This document shows positions 27,040 through 38,860 of a stretch of 64,000 nt of DNA, one piece after another. A model generated the notes under the pieces. It saw nothing but the letters and a program-made list of their open reading frames with translations. It ran no database searches and was not told the origin of the DNA. The stretch lies in contig CAWJKZ010000026.1 of the NCBI GenBank assembly GCA_963843575.1, positions 1 to 64,000 on the forward strand. Reading direction: 5' to 3'. The position numbers and the translations under genes are program-made. Positions within the stretch are counted from its first letter, which is position 1; each line of letters begins with the position of its first letter. Source of the DNA: an uncultured Acidobacteriota bacterium (GTDB taxonomy: Bacteria > Acidobacteriota > UBA6911).

Positions 27040-27170
27040 CGAGAATTTCGTTGCGTTGAGATACCACACTCGGTGGGTCGATACAATATGCGGATGCCTT
27101 CGGACGTGGGGAGTTTCAGAACCCGCCCCTCGGAAGGCATACGAACGGTATCTCGAAGGAATCCGCAGTA
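27040..27170 (-). promoter_or_regulatory. Candidate structured 5' leader of acs with alternative pairings
   Basis: Nested stems GAGATACC/GGTATCTC and ATGCCTTC/GAAGGCAT; competing 13/14 pairing of 27154-27167 with 27089-27102. Confidence 0.4.
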
Positions 27171-27331
27171 AGAGATGAGATCTCCCAGGGCCGCCTCGCT
27201 ACCCGCGGCCCGTACCCGCTCGGCAGTTCCCCTTCCACGATGCGGATGCGGCACCAGGCAGATCAGCCCGCCTGGCGATGGGCGCCAGGTCGACCGCGCG
27301 GCCGAGATCGTCGTGGATCTCCTCGGCTCTC

Positions 27332-29575
27332 TCAGAACGACGTGCGCACGCCGGCGCGGAAGTGGGCGCGCAGCGACGGGAATCCCAGCACGTCCATGTA
27401 CGCACGGTTCAGCGCGTTGTTCACGACGGCGTAAAGCGACACGGCCTGCGACAACCGGTAGGTCGCGGCTAGGTCCAGCGCCCCGTAGCCGCGGCTTCGC
27501 CCGAGTCCCGAGACCCGAAAAGTCGGAGTCCACGCGACTGCCGACCACAAGCGCCGAGGCGGCGAATGTCCACCGGGCCGGTTTCCAGCAGAGGTCGACG
27601 CGACCGGAATGACGGGGCCGCCGGAACAGCGGTTGGCCGGCCGCAAACGCGGGGTCGGAATCGACCGTGCTTTCCAGCACCTTCGAATGGAGAAAGGTGT
27701 GGGAGGCGCCGAGCTCCACGGAGTCCGACAATGGGAGCCGCAGGCCCGCCTCGATCCCCCGCGCCTCGGAGCGTCCGATGTTGAAGAAGGACCCTTCGAA
27801 GCTCTGGTAATCGGTGATGGCGAACCCGATCTGATTGCGGAAGCGGTTCTCGAACCAGGTGAACTCCAGCACGCCGCGGCCACCCGCAAGGTATTGTTCG
27901 ATCCCGGCGTCGAAGCTGACAGATTTCTCGGGCCGGAGGTCCGGGTTACCTCGGAAAAAGGGGGAGTTGCTGAACGACTCGACGAGGGTCGGCTCCTTGA
28001 TGCCCAGCCCGAAGCTGCCCTTCAGCTTCGTCAGGCCCCAGAAGGCCCGGGCGGTCCCCTGGCGCAGGTGCACGGCGGCCGACAGCCGGGGAGCCGCGTA
28101 AACCCCGAAGCTCGCGTTGTGTTCCAGCCGAACGCCGGCGGTGACAAACGCCTTGGACGCGGCCGACCACTGGTCCTGGACGAACACGCCCGAGTTGTTG
28201 CGCACGGCCTGCAGCGGGGCGGAATCCGGGTCCCCGACGACGCCCGATTCGCGCTCGTATTCCACGCCGGTGGTCAGCAGGTGACTGCGGCCGAGTGCGA
28301 GATCGGTCTGGTACCCGAGCCGCTGGCGGCGTGTCTGGTTCAGCGTCCTGAAGGGGTAATCGTAGGAGGCGAACGGGGCGGTGCGGCCGTCGTACTGCGA
28401 CGTGAAGCTGCCGGAGTCGCCCGGGATCGACCGACAGCTGTCTCGAGTCATGCACCGAGTAAGACAGTGACTGGCTCCAGCGCGCCGTGGACGCATGTGT
28501 CAGGGTCAGCCCGCCCGCGAGCTCCCGGCTTCGATAGTACTCGTCCTGCTCGGGACGGTGAAAAGCCCACTGGCCCGGAACCCCGGCGCGCGCCGCCTCG
28601 CTGCGGAACACCGCCCGCAACTGGGCCTTGCGCGTCAGCTGGACGCCCAGATTGCCCGATGCGATCTCGTCGTTGAACGAGCCGTTGACGACGTCCCCGT
28701 CGGTGTCGGCGCGTGAAAAGGAGGCCGCGTAGTCCCAGCGCTCTCGGCTGTTCTGAAGGGCGGCGGAGTATCTGGCAGTCGCGTGGCTGCCTCCTTCGAC
28801 TGACGCCTCGCCCCCGGGGAGCCGGCCTTCAGCCGCCCCGCGCTTGGTGAATATCTGGATGACCCCGGCGATCGCGTCCGAGCCGAACAGGGCACTCTGC
28901 GGGCCGCGCACGACCTCGATCCGGTCTATCCCGGCGGTCGACAGGGTGGCGAAGTTGAAGGCGCCGCCCGGGTCGTTGACCGGGATACCGTCGATCAGCA
29001 CCTTGGTGTAGTCCGATTCGCCGCCGCGCATGAAGAGCGACGCGAGCTGCCCGTGCCCGCCGCTCTGCGACACGCTGACCCCCGGGACGCGCTTCAGCGC
29101 GTCGGCGACCCACAGGATGCCCTCGGCCTGGAGCTGTGCTCCGGGGATGACGGTCACGCTGCTGCCGATCTGGGCCAGCGGGGCCTCGGTCCGGTTGGCG
29201 GTGACAACGATCTGCTGTTCGATCGAGGGTATCTGCATGACGAGGTCGAAGGGGGGCGCCGCGTCGGGCCCGACCTCGAGGATTTGTCCCCGGACAGGCG
29301 CGAGCCCCGCCAGGGTTGCCGACACGAGGTAGCGGCCCCGGCGCAGCTCGAGGGTGACCCTGCCCCGTCTCGTCGGACAGGGCGTAGGCCACGAGACCGC
29401 CGCCGGTGTCGCGCACCTCGACCCGCGCGTTGGGCAGGGGGACCCCCCGGGGATCGGCCACGGAGCCACGGATATTCCAGGTTGGCTCTGTGGGGGTGGC
29501 TCCTTCCTGAGCCTTCGCGGCGGTGACCGCTAACAGCACGGCAACAGCGAGTGGGATGCGGGATACGAGCTTCAT
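27332..29575 (-). CDS. TonB-dependent receptor, BtuB-like (frameshifted)
   Basis: Signal peptide, carboxypeptidase-regulatory-like N-domain, IVVTANR, plug (RGGESDYTKVLIDG, IEVVRGPQSALFGSDAIAGVI), GNPDLRPE, C-terminal F. Confidence 0.88.
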
Positions 29576-30373
29576 CACGGTTCTCCGTCATTCAGTTGCG
29601 GGACGACTTCGGTGGTCCCTCCCGGATGGGTGCGGACCGCGAAGTCGACGCCGAACAGGCTTTTCATATTGCCGGGTGTCGCGACGTCGGCGACCTTCCC
29701 CTGGTCGTGGATGCGCCCGCGCGGCCATCAGCACCAGGCGATCGGCGAAGGCCGCCAAAAGGTTGATTTCGTGGGAGACCACGACGGTCGCGGCCTTACG
29801 CTCGCGGGTTACTCGGGTGACGAGCCGCATCAGTTCCAGCTGGTAGTTGATGTCGAGGTTGGCGGTGAATTCGTCCAGCAGCAGCACGGGGGCCTGCTGC
29901 GCGAGCGCGCGCGCCAGGAGTACACGCTGCCTCTCGCCCCCCGAGATCTCACTCATCCGCGCCTCCCGGAATCCGGACAGTCTTGTCCTCTCCAGGGCCT
30001 CGAGGGCGATGCGCTCGTCCTCCTCGCTTTCGAAACCAAGAAGTGAAAGGTAAGGGGAGCGTCCCTGCAAGACGCACTCGATCACGGTCTGATACGGCGG
30101 CACGCCGGCGTTTTGCGGGACCATGGCGATGTGGGCGGCTATCTCCCGGCGTCCCAGCCGGGACAGCGGACGGGTGCCGCCAATCAGCACCTGCCCCGAG
30201 TGCGGCCTCAGGATGCCGTCGAGCAGGTTGAGCACCGTCGTTTTCCCGCACCCGTTCGGCCCGATCAAGCCGGTTACCGTCCCCGGCTCCAGGACGAGCG
30301 AGAAATCCTCCACGACAGTCCGGCGGTACGCAAAACTGAGGTGGCGCGCCTCGAGCGCGACGGCCTGGTTCAT
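29575..30373 (-). CDS. Cobalamin/siderophore ABC ATPase, BtuD-like (frameshift near C-terminus)
   Basis: GPNGCGKT, ISGGERQRV, LLLDE; in riboswitch operon. Confidence 0.88.
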
Positions 30374-31422
30374 GCGGCTCCCCCTTTGCGGTGCAGCAGA
30401 TAGATGAAAAGGGGCGCTCCGCACAGCGCCGTGATGACGCCGACGGGAAGTTCGGAAGGGGACAGGATGGTTCGGGCGACCGTGTCGGCGAGCACGGTAA
30501 AGGTGGCGCCGAACAGGAACACCGCGGGGAAAAGAATCCGGTTGTCGGCGCCGAACATCATCCTGGCCAGGTGCGGACAGATCAGCCCGATGTAGGCGAT
30601 GGGGCCACTAACCGACACCACCAACCCCGTCAGGAGCGAGGCGACGACGTAGACGCCCAGCTTGACCCGGCCGACTTCAACGCCGAGGATGAGCGCGTCC
30701 TGCTCGCCGACGCCGATCAGGTTGAGACTGTGGGAGAAAAGGAAGAGGACGACGGCCCCGGCGGCTACGGCCGGCGCCACCACGTAGATAGACTCGTCCA
30801 TCGGGCGGCTGAGGTCGCCGATCAGCCAGTAGAAGATCCCGCGCAAGTCGGCCTGGCTGGTGCTGGTCAGGAGGAACACGTTCACCGACGAGATGAAAGA
30901 CGCCAGCACGATGCCGGCGAGCAGGAGCCGCTGGGAGCCCTCCCCCCGGCGGTGAGTCCCGCCGGCCACGCCGTACACCGCCGCGACCGTGAGGACCGCA
31001 CCCGCGAAGGCGGCGGCCGGCCGCGCGTAAACGACGTGCGCCCCCGTGAGCGCCGTACCGAGGGAAGCAGCCCAGATCGAGTAAAGGATGGTCCCGGTGG
31101 AGGCGCCGGTCGAGACCCCGAGCACGTACGGGTCCGCCAGCGGGTTGCGCAGGAGCGACTGGAAAGCGGCCCCCGCCACCGCCAGGGCCGCCCCGACCAC
31201 GGTGGCCAGCAGAAGGCGAGGAAGCCGGATCGAGAGAAGGATGGCTTCGGCGGCGGCATCCTGGGCGACCGTGCCGTCGAAGTGGGATTTCAGGACACGC
31301 AGGGTGGTGGCCGCGGGGATCGGGACACTCCCGATCCCGAGCGAAACGAGCGCGGCGGCGCACCAGAGTGCAAGCAGGAGGAGACTGGCCGTGACAATCC
31401 GTTTCCGGGAGAGCCGTTTCAT
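30370..31422 (-). CDS. FecCD/BtuC-family permease
   Basis: [38 protein letters not shown]. Confidence 0.92.
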   Translation of the reverse strand: MKRLSRKRIVTASLLLLALWCAAALVSLGIGSVPIPAATTLRVLKSHFDGTVAQDAAAEAILLSIRLPRLLLATVVGAALAVAGAAFQSLLRNPLADPYVLGVSTGASTGTILYSIWAASLGTALTGAHVVYARPAAAFAGAVLTVAAVYGVAGGTHRRGEGSQRLLLAGIVLASFISSVNVFLLTSTSQADLRGIFYWLIGDLSRPMDESIYVVAPAVAAGAVVLFLFSHSLNLIGVGEQDALILGVEVGRVKLGVYVVASLLTGLVVSVSGPIAYIGLICPHLARMMFGADNRILFPAVFLFGATFTVLADTVARTILSPSELPVGVITALCGAPLFIYLLHRKGGAA

Positions 31423-32354
31423 CGAAACCGCTCCGGGTAGAGCTTGCGAGCAACTTCTTCCACACCGTCGACGAAGCGCGGGGAAGGGTGCTGAAGGACC
31501 TCGTCGAGCAGGTAAATGCGGCCGTTGCGGACGGCGCGCAGGCGCTGCCATCCGGGTACCTGGTGCAGGTCGGGCAGCGCCTTACCCGAATGACGCACCG
31601 TGAGGATGACGTCGGGGTCGCGCGCCAGGACCTGTTCGAGGCTGAACCGGGGGTAAAACTCGTCCACGTCCGCGCTGATCGAGTCGACCCCAGCCAGGCG
31701 CAGCGCGTCGTTTTCAAACGTGCCCTTGCCGGGCGCGAGCAGCGGGTCGAACCAGGTCACGAAAAACGCCCTCGTCCGGGGGGCTCCGTCCAGCCGGCGG
31801 GCGATTGCCGCGAGCCGATTCTTCATCCCGTCGAGCACCCGCTCGCCGTCGTCCGCATGGCCGGTGATGCGCGAAATCTGCCGGACCGATTCGAAGATCG
31901 AGGCTACGGTCCGCGGGGCCGTGACGAAGACCGGCAAGCCGAGCGCCGCCAGCTTCATCACGGCGCCGCGGTCGTTTCCGGCCGTGGAGGCGATGACCAG
32001 GTCCGGTTTGGCCCCGAGGATCACCTCGTAGCTGGGGTTTGTGAGGTCGCCGACCTTGAGCTTGCCGGACACCTCCGGCGGCCAGTCGCACTGCCGGGTG
32101 ACGCCGATCAACTGACGCTCGGCCCCCACGAGGAAGAGCGTTTCGGTGATGTTGGGGGCCAGCGACACGATGCGCTCCGGCCGCGCAGGCAGCTGCACGG
32201 GCCGGCCGAGGCCGTCGGTGTAATCGAGGAGCGCCGGTCTCGAAGCACTCCCGGGAGCCTCCCGTGGAACCGCCCCGCGCGAGCAGGAAATCGCGCCGGC
32301 GAGCACTATCCAGCTGAAATGGAAGAGTTGGCGATGGCGGAGTGGGGACGGCAT
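31419..32354 (-). CDS. Cobalamin-binding periplasmic protein, BtuF-like
   Basis: [34 protein letters not shown]. Confidence 0.9.
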   Translation of the reverse strand: MPSPLRHRQLFHFSWIVLAGAISCSRGAVPREAPGSASRPALLDYTDGLGRPVQLPARPERIVSLAPNITETLFLVGAERQLIGVTRQCDWPPEVSGKLKVGDLTNPSYEVILGAKPDLVIASTAGNDRGAVMKLAALGLPVFVTAPRTVASIFESVRQISRITGHADDGERVLDGMKNRLAAIARRLDGAPRTRAFFVTWFDPLLAPGKGTFENDALRLAGVDSISADVDEFYPRFSLEQVLARDPDVILTVRHSGKALPDLHQVPGWQRLRAVRNGRIYLLDEVLQHPSPRFVDGVEEVARKLYPERFR

Positions 32355-32392
32355 CCCTGGTCTCTTTCTCGCGAAGAGGCGACAGAAACATC

Positions 32393-32578
32393 GCGACGAG
32401 GCAGGTTTCCTGACTTGCGGGTCATCGCCGGACTTCTCGCCTTCCCCGTTTCAGAACGAGTGGCGGGCCATCTGCGTAACAGCGTGCCGCAGAAGCCGGC
32501 TCTCCGGATACAGTGGCGGGACCGTGTGGGATTCGCACCCACTTCCCTTTTACCCTTTCGGGGCACCCCATCGCATGG
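32393..32578 (-). ncRNA. Cobalamin (B12) riboswitch
   Basis: Minus strand GGTGCCC-GAAA-GGGTAAAAGGGAAGTGGGTGCGAATCCCACACGGTCCCGCCACTGT...GCCACT...GGGAAGGC...AAGTCAGGAAACCTGCC, upstream of btuF-like gene. Confidence 0.95.
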
Positions 32579-32654
32579 CAAAGAGCAACAGTATCAATTA
32601 CAGCACCCTTTGGGCCGCAAAGCAATGCTACACTACGCCTTGCCCGGGGAGACC

Positions 32655-33686
32655 ATGATACGGACAATCGAGTGGAAAGATTCGTCGGTGGTGATGCTGG
32701 ACCAGCGCCTGCTGCCGGGCCGGGAGATCTACAACCGCTACAAGTCCTACATAGAGGTGGCCGAAGCCATTCGGTCCATGGTGATCCGAGGCGCCCCGGC
32801 GATCGGTGTGGCCGCGGCGATGGGGATCGCGCTCGGGGTCGAGAGCGCCCAGGTCGCGAGCGTCGAAGAACTTGACGCTTGCTTTCAGCAGATCTGCGAC
32901 ACCATGAAGGAGACCCGCCCGACGGCCGTCAACCTATTCTGGGCCGTGGAACGGATGAAGCGGGTCTACCAGGCGGCGCGCGCCACCGGCCCGGGCGCCG
33001 TCCGTACGGCCCTCGTCGAGGAAGCTCAACGCATGCACCGGGAGGACGTCGAGGCCAACCGCCGCATGGGCCTTTACGGGCAGGAGTTGATCCCCGACGG
33101 TGCGCGCGTCCTCACGCACTGCAACGCCGGAGCGCTGGCGACGGCAGGTTTCGGAACCGCCCTCGGGCTGATCCGGGCGGCGGTGGAGGCGGGGAAGCGG
33201 GTCGAGGTGTTCGCCGACGAAACCCGCCCCTTCCTGCAGGGGGCGCGCCTGACCGCGTGGGAACTGGCCCAGGACGACATCCCGGTCACCGTCATCACCG
33301 ACAATATGGCGGGGCACTTCATGCAGCGGCGGCGTATCGACTGCGTCGTGGTGGGCGCAGACCGGATCGCCGCCAACGGGGATGTCGCCAACAAGATCGG
33401 CACCTATTCGGTCGCGGTTCTCGCGCGGGAAAACAGCATCCCCTTCTATGTCGCAGCGCCTATCTCAACCCTTGACCTCTCGTTGGCGGACGGCAGCCTC
33501 ATCCCGATCGAGGAACGCAGCCCCGACGAGGTGCGTCAGATCCAGGGGGTGACGGTGACGGACGCGCCGGTGCTCAACCCGGCATTCGACGTGACTCCGC
33601 ACCGGTATGTCAGCGCCATCGTCACGGAGCGCGGCATCGCCCGGCCGCCGTATTCCGAAAGCCTGCGGGCGTTGTCGGCGTCGTGA
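32655..33686 (+). CDS. mtnA: S-methyl-5-thioribose-1-phosphate isomerase
   Basis: [61 protein letters not shown]. Confidence 0.96.
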   Translation: MIRTIEWKDSSVVMLDQRLLPGREIYNRYKSYIEVAEAIRSMVIRGAPAIGVAAAMGIALGVESAQVASVEELDACFQQICDTMKETRPTAVNLFWAVERMKRVYQAARATGPGAVRTALVEEAQRMHREDVEANRRMGLYGQELIPDGARVLTHCNAGALATAGFGTALGLIRAAVEAGKRVEVFADETRPFLQGARLTAWELAQDDIPVTVITDNMAGHFMQRRRIDCVVVGADRIAANGDVANKIGTYSVAVLARENSIPFYVAAPISTLDLSLADGSLIPIEERSPDEVRQIQGVTVTDAPVLNPAFDVTPHRYVSAIVTERGIARPPYSESLRALSAS

Positions 33687-33730
33687 CCACAGGCGGGTGC
33701 CTTCGCCCGCACCGGCTGGAGACCTGACAG

Positions 33731-34753
33731 ATGCTGGTCCTCGGAATCGAATCGTCCTGTGACGAGACGGCGGCCGCGCTAGTCGAGGACGGCCAGACCG
33801 TCCTGTCCAGCGTCATCGCGTCGCAGATCGGCACCCACCGGGGCTTCGGCGGGGTTGTTCCCGAGCTGGCCAGCCGGGAGCACCTGCGCAACATCGGGTA
33901 CGTCGTCAGCCGCGCCTTCGCCGAGGCGCGGCGCGACTACGGCGACATCGACGGCATCGCCGTCACGCAGGGCCCGGGACTGATCGGCTCCCTGCTGGTG
34001 GGGCTTTCCTTTGCCAAGGCGATGGCGTTCGCTCTGCGGAAGCCGCTCGTGCCCGTCAACCACATTGAAGGGCACATCTACTCGGCATTCCTCGAGCATC
34101 CGGGGATCGACTACCCGATCCTGGCGCTGGTGGTCTCGGGCGGCCACACCTCGCTGATCTCCGCCGGCGAACCCCGCAAGTACATGCTGGTGGGCCGCAC
34201 GCGGGACGACGCGGCGGGAGAAGCCCTGGACAAGCTCTCGAAGTTCCTGGGGCTCGGCTATCCCGGCGGCCCCGTCATCGATCGGCTCGCGCGGGGAGGC
34301 AACCCGCTCGCCTTCCCTTTCTCGGTGCCGAAGATCAGCGACGGCAGCCTCGATTTCAGCTTCAGCGGGTTCAAGACCGCCGCCCTCCGTCACATCCAGG
34401 AGTCGGGGATCAGGCCGCGCCGGCCCGGGCGGAAAGCGTCGCGCCGTGTGCTCGACCTGGTGGCCAGCTACCAGCATACGATCGTGCGGACCCTCGCGAC
34501 ACAAACACGCAAGGCGGCGGAGCGCCTCAATCCGGCCTCGATCCTGCTGGTCGGGGGAGTGGCCTGCAACAGCCTGTTGCGCCGGACCTTCAGCGACGAC
34601 CTGGGCCGGCTTGCCCGGGTCTACTACCCGTCGCCCCCCCTGACCACCGACAACGCCGCCATGATCGCCGCTGCGGGAACCCCGCGCTTGTCCACGGCCC
34701 CGTCGACCCCTCCCCTGGATCTGAACGCATTTGCCGACCTGCGGCTCTGTTGA
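33731..34753 (+). CDS. tsaD: tRNA N6-threonylcarbamoyltransferase
   Basis: [52 protein letters not shown]. Confidence 0.96.
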   Translation: MLVLGIESSCDETAAALVEDGQTVLSSVIASQIGTHRGFGGVVPELASREHLRNIGYVVSRAFAEARRDYGDIDGIAVTQGPGLIGSLLVGLSFAKAMAFALRKPLVPVNHIEGHIYSAFLEHPGIDYPILALVVSGGHTSLISAGEPRKYMLVGRTRDDAAGEALDKLSKFLGLGYPGGPVIDRLARGGNPLAFPFSVPKISDGSLDFSFSGFKTAALRHIQESGIRPRRPGRKASRRVLDLVASYQHTIVRTLATQTRKAAERLNPASILLVGGVACNSLLRRTFSDDLGRLARVYYPSPPLTTDNAAMIAAAGTPRLSTAPSTPPLDLNAFADLRLC

Positions 34754-34847
34754 GCGCGAGTGGGCCGAAGTCGGCCCGACCCCGCCCGGAAAAGAAACCA
34801 CGAAATGTGCAGGAGCCAGTGGGCCGCGTCGAGCCGCCGCGGCCCAC

Positions 34848-35885
34848 TTACGGTTGCTGTTCCTGCAGGGGGCGGGCCGCGGGGTGGTTCGAAAACCAGG
34901 TGCGCATCTCGCGGGGCGGGACCCGCCGGTGTTGGCGCAGGGCTCGGCGGAGACGCCAGGCCCGGGGCGCGGCCCGGGCCAGCAGCGGGATTGCCCGCAG
35001 GGAGGACCTTTCGGCGGCGAGGACATAGAGCAGGGCGAGGATATCGCGCGCCGTTATGGGGAGAAAGAAGCGCGCGTAGGTTCCTGCATCCATGTTCTTC
35101 ATGCGCAGGAGGAAGCGGTTCTTGAACGAGTGCATGTTGATGTCCCGTGGGAGCGTCGCACGGCGTTCGGGGAGGACCCGGCGCACGTGAAACGCGTGCG
35201 CCGCCGGGACAAACCGGCAGCTCCATCCGAGCCATTGTGCGCGCCAGGCGAGGTCCGCGTCCTCCCGGTAGGCGAAAAACGACTCGTCGAAGTACTCGCC
35301 GTCGGCCGCGATCTCGTCGAGCATGCGCCGGCGATAGAAGGCGGCCGCCCCGGACGCCCCGAACACATACTCCCCCCGCTCGTACTGTCCGCGGTCGGTT
35401 TCCCCGGCCCCACGGTCCAGGTGCCGCTGGTTGCGGGTGAAATAGATGCCGGTGGAATCCAGGACGCGGCCGGAGGAGCCCGGGGTACCCTGAGCCAGCG
35501 GGTCGGGGGAGTCGTTGGGCCAGCGCCAGAGCTTGCCCGTGGCCGACCCGGCGCGCGTGTCGTGGTCGAGTTCCCGCACGAGGGTCCCGATGAATGCGGC
35601 CTCCAGGACGACATCGGGATTGAGGACGAGCACGTAGTCGGACCCGGTCTCCCGGATGATCCGGTTGTGCGCGGCGCAGAACCCGAGATTTCGCGTGGAG
35701 AAGTGCGAGGCTTCGAGCACGTCCCCGTGGGCGGCGGCGATCTCCGGCGAGTCGTCCGACGACGCATTGTCCCACAGGTGAACCGCGAAATCGCGAAAGG
35801 CCTGCCGCCGCAGGCTCTGCAGGCACGCACCGAGATAGTGGCCGGAGTTGTAGGAGACGATGCTGACGAGGACTCGCGCGGTCAC
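34848..35885 (-). CDS. Glycosyltransferase family 2
   Basis: IVSYN, DNASSD, LNPDV, FDESFFAYREDADL. Confidence 0.88.
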   Translation of the reverse strand: MTARVLVSIVSYNSGHYLGACLQSLRRQAFRDFAVHLWDNASSDDSPEIAAAHGDVLEASHFSTRNLGFCAAHNRIIRETGSDYVLVLNPDVVLEAAFIGTLVRELDHDTRAGSATGKLWRWPNDSPDPLAQGTPGSSGRVLDSTGIYFTRNQRHLDRGAGETDRGQYERGEYVFGASGAAAFYRRRMLDEIAADGEYFDESFFAYREDADLAWRAQWLGWSCRFVPAAHAFHVRRVLPERRATLPRDINMHSFKNRFLLRMKNMDAGTYARFFLPITARDILALLYVLAAERSSLRAIPLLARAAPRAWRLRRALRQHRRVPPREMRTWFSNHPAARPLQEQQP

Positions 35886-36793
35886 GGCTCGTCCTCCCGC
35901 GCCGCGCCGATCCGGCGCGCCGCGCCCCAGTATGCCGCCGCCGTCCGGGGCCGGAACAACGTCAGCAGCGCGCGCAGCCGGATTCCGGCCACCGCCAGCC
36001 GGCGCATGCGCCGGGCGGTGCACGGCCCGTAGTGCCGATTAAAATAGCGCACCTGGTTCCGGTGGAAAAACTCGACGAATTCGCCCGGCTGCAGTTTCTC
36101 GAGGGTTGCCCCGCCGCGGTGGATGAAGCGGGCATCCGGTTCGAACAGGATCTTGCCGCCGAGGTCGCGTATGCGCCGACACAGGTCGACATCCTCGAAC
36201 CAGGCGGGCCTGAACCGCTCGTCGAAGCCGCCCAGCCGCTCGAGTACCTCGCGGCGCACCATCAGGCACGCGCCGGCGGGCTGGTCTACCGCGCAGCGGG
36301 TGGAGTGGTCCCAGTCGAGCATCCGGTATCTCCGGGTCCATGGGTTGCGGGGCCACACGCGGTGCAGCAGAAGCGCCTCGGCGGCGGCATCGGCCAGGGT
36401 GGGGAACCGGCGCACGTTGAACCCGACCTGAGTGGCTCCGCGGGCGTCGACGAGCCGGCCGCCGGCCGCGCCGGCAGCCGGGTCCTCCGCGAGGGCGCGG
36501 GCGAGCGCCTGGACGGAGCCTGGAGTAGCCTCGGCGTCCGGGTTGAGAAAGAGAACCAGCCCTCCCGCAGAGAGGGCCCAGCCGGCGTTGCAGCCGGCAG
36601 CGAATCCCCTGTTTTCGCCGAGGCGCACGACGATTGTGGCCGGCACCCGGGCGAGCGCCCCCTGCAGGCTGTCGTCCGAGGAGGCGTTGTCCACGACGAT
36701 GATCTGGGCCTCCGGCGCATGTGTGCGCAGGCTCGCGACGCAGCGGCCCAGGTATGCGCCGGAGTTCCAGTTGACGATCACGATGGAAATCAT
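35882..36793 (-). CDS. Glycosyltransferase family 2
   Basis: IVIVNWN, VDNASSD, LNPDA, GGFDERF...EDVDLC. Confidence 0.9.
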   Translation of the reverse strand: MISIVIVNWNSGAYLGRCVASLRTHAPEAQIIVVDNASSDDSLQGALARVPATIVVRLGENRGFAAGCNAGWALSAGGLVLFLNPDAEATPGSVQALARALAEDPAAGAAGGRLVDARGATQVGFNVRRFPTLADAAAEALLLHRVWPRNPWTRRYRMLDWDHSTRCAVDQPAGACLMVRREVLERLGGFDERFRPAWFEDVDLCRRIRDLGGKILFEPDARFIHRGGATLEKLQPGEFVEFFHRNQVRYFNRHYGPCTARRMRRLAVAGIRLRALLTLFRPRTAAAYWGAARRIGAAREDEP

Positions 36794-37863
36794 GCCGTGT
36801 CCAGCAAGGGGCGTGGCGTACGGAAGACCCTGAAGTACAGTCTAAGAAAAACCGACGTGCCGCGCTTGCCCCGGACGGTGAAATCGCGGCGCGCGAGCTC
36901 TTCCGAGGACAGTATTTCGTTCCAGAGCCGCCTGCCCGACGCGCGCCAGAGCGGCCGAAGCGTGTGCCGGCCGTCCAGCGCGGCCCCGACCAAGGGCAAC
37001 ACTCCCACGAGACCGAGCAGATAGCTGAGCAGCCGCCCGCGGCGCAAGACCCGCGCGGCCCAAAAGGCCTGGGCGGCCAGGATCATCGGGGCGCAGCGGA
37101 GCAACACGGGACCGGGCAGGTCCTTCAGGATCAGGAGCAGGGCGTTGCGGGTGCGCAGCCGCACGGCGAGCGGTGAGAATTCACCGCCGCTCGTGGCGCC
37201 GCCCACGTGATAGACCTCGGCCCCCGGCACGAAGTACCCCTTGTGCCCCGCGGCCCGGAGCCGCAGGCCGAGGTCGACGTCCTCCAGGTAGGCGAAGAAA
37301 CCCTCGTCGAATCCCCCGCAGGACTGGAGTGCCGCCTTGCTGTAGATCGCCCCGCATCCGCAGGCGGAGAACACCTCGCACTCCCTGCGGTAGTCGTCGT
37401 CGTCGGCCAGTTCCTGGCCCCTGCGGTAGCCGATCCCGGCCCGCAGAAAACAATCGCCGGCGCTGTAGACCCGGTCGCGCCGGCTGAAGTCGAGGATCCT
37501 GGAGGCAAAGAATGCGGCATCCGGATGGCGGTCCCGTGCCGATACGGTTTCGGCGAGCCATTCGGGCGCGACCTCCGTGTCGTTGTTGAGTATCGCCACC
37601 CAGACGCCCGCGGCGGAGCGCACACCAGCGTTTACGGCGGCGGCGAAGCCGAGGTTCGCGGGGTTGCGGAGCACGGTGGCCGCGGGCATCACCCTCGAGG
37701 TCACGGCCACGGAGTCGTCGGTCGATCCGTTGTCGACGACAATCGTTTCGAAGCCCCGGAAAGTCTGCCGCGATAGGGAACGAAGGCAGGTTTCGAGATA
37801 GGTGGCTCCGTTGTAGTTTGGGATGATCACCGAAACCAGGGGCGTGGACGCGCTCGGCTGCAT
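36790..37863 (-). CDS. Glycosyltransferase family 2
   Basis: [29 protein letters not shown]. Confidence 0.9.
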   Translation of the reverse strand: MQPSASTPLVSVIIPNYNGATYLETCLRSLSRQTFRGFETIVVDNGSTDDSVAVTSRVMPAATVLRNPANLGFAAAVNAGVRSAAGVWVAILNNDTEVAPEWLAETVSARDRHPDAAFFASRILDFSRRDRVYSAGDCFLRAGIGYRRGQELADDDDYRRECEVFSACGCGAIYSKAALQSCGGFDEGFFAYLEDVDLGLRLRAAGHKGYFVPGAEVYHVGGATSGGEFSPLAVRLRTRNALLLILKDLPGPVLLRCAPMILAAQAFWAARVLRRGRLLSYLLGLVGVLPLVGAALDGRHTLRPLWRASGRRLWNEILSSEELARRDFTVRGKRGTSVFLRLYFRVFRTPRPLLDTA

Positions 37864-37980
37864 GACGTCGATTATATGCGAAATCGGCTGCCGGCCCGGG
37901 TCAATTGCCTTGACACAACCCCGCCTGATAGAAGATATGTTCGTCTCTCACGTGACCGGAACCCCAGGGGTCGACAAGCG

Positions 37981-38666
37981 ATGAAGCTATCGGTCGTCAT
38001 TCCCGTATACAACGAAAAGGACACCATCCTGGAAATCCTGCAGCGCGTCCGCGCCGTCGACCTCCCGAAGGAGACTATCGTGGTGGACGACTTCTCGTCG
38101 GACGGCACACGCGAGGTCCTGGCAGGCCTCGACGGGCGAGCCGGAGCTCAAAGTCATCCTGCAGCCGGAGAACATGGGGAAGGGTGCCGCGCTGAGGACG
38201 GGGTTCAAAGCGGTGACGGGCGACATCGTCGTCGTGCAGGACGCGGATCTCGAATACGACCCCGCCGAGTATCTCGTCCCTGATCCAGCCGATACTGGCC
38301 AACAAGGCGGACGTGGTATACGGTTCGCGCTTCCTCGGGGGACCGCACCGGGTTTTGTTTTTCTGGCACTCCGTCGGCAACAACGTCCTCACGACCCTTT
38401 CCAACATGCTCACGGACCTGAACCTGACCGATATGGAGACCTGCTACAAGGTCTTCCGCGCCGACCTGCTGAAGAAAATCAATTTCCGCGAGAACCGCTT
38501 CGGTTTCGAACCCGAGTTCACCGCGAAGGTCGCCAGGGCGCGATGCCGGGTGTACGAGGTCCCGATCTCCTACAGCGGCCGCGATTACTCCGAGGGGAAG
38601 AAGATCGGCTGGAAGGACGGGGTTGCCGCCATTTTCTTCATCCTCAAGTACCGCTTCATGGACTAG
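37981..38666 (+). CDS. Glycosyltransferase family 2, DPM-synthase-like (frameshifted)
   Basis: [53 protein letters not shown]. Confidence 0.9.
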
Positions 38667-38740
38667 CCGCACAAATCAAGTGGGCCGGGGCTGCCGAAGC
38701 GCTGGCCCAACGGTTGATCTGCCCGATCCAACAAGATACA

Positions 38741-38846
38741 AGGTCGGGTCTTCGAGCCCGGACGCTGTTTGGGGGCACTATAACGTGCGTCCGTCGCCAC
38801 ATAGATCAGCAAAAGACGTCCGGGCTGAAGCCCGGACCCACTTGTT
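38741..38846. repeat. REPIN-like element, copy B, between convergent genes
   Basis: Degenerate left REP plus GTCCGGGCTGAAGCCCGGACCCAC (38818-38841); spacer homologous to copy A. Confidence 0.75.
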
Positions 38847-38860
38847 TCATACCGAAACAG

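Noticed and set aside
34760-34848. GTGGGCCG hairpins between tsaD and GT2 as a distinct repeat family
   Set aside because: Short GC-rich stems with dissimilar loops; may be terminators or chance.
38270-38290. TGA at 38281-38283 in the GT2 gene as Sec
   Set aside because: It is an out-of-frame product of indels; the proper reading continues [18 protein letters not shown].
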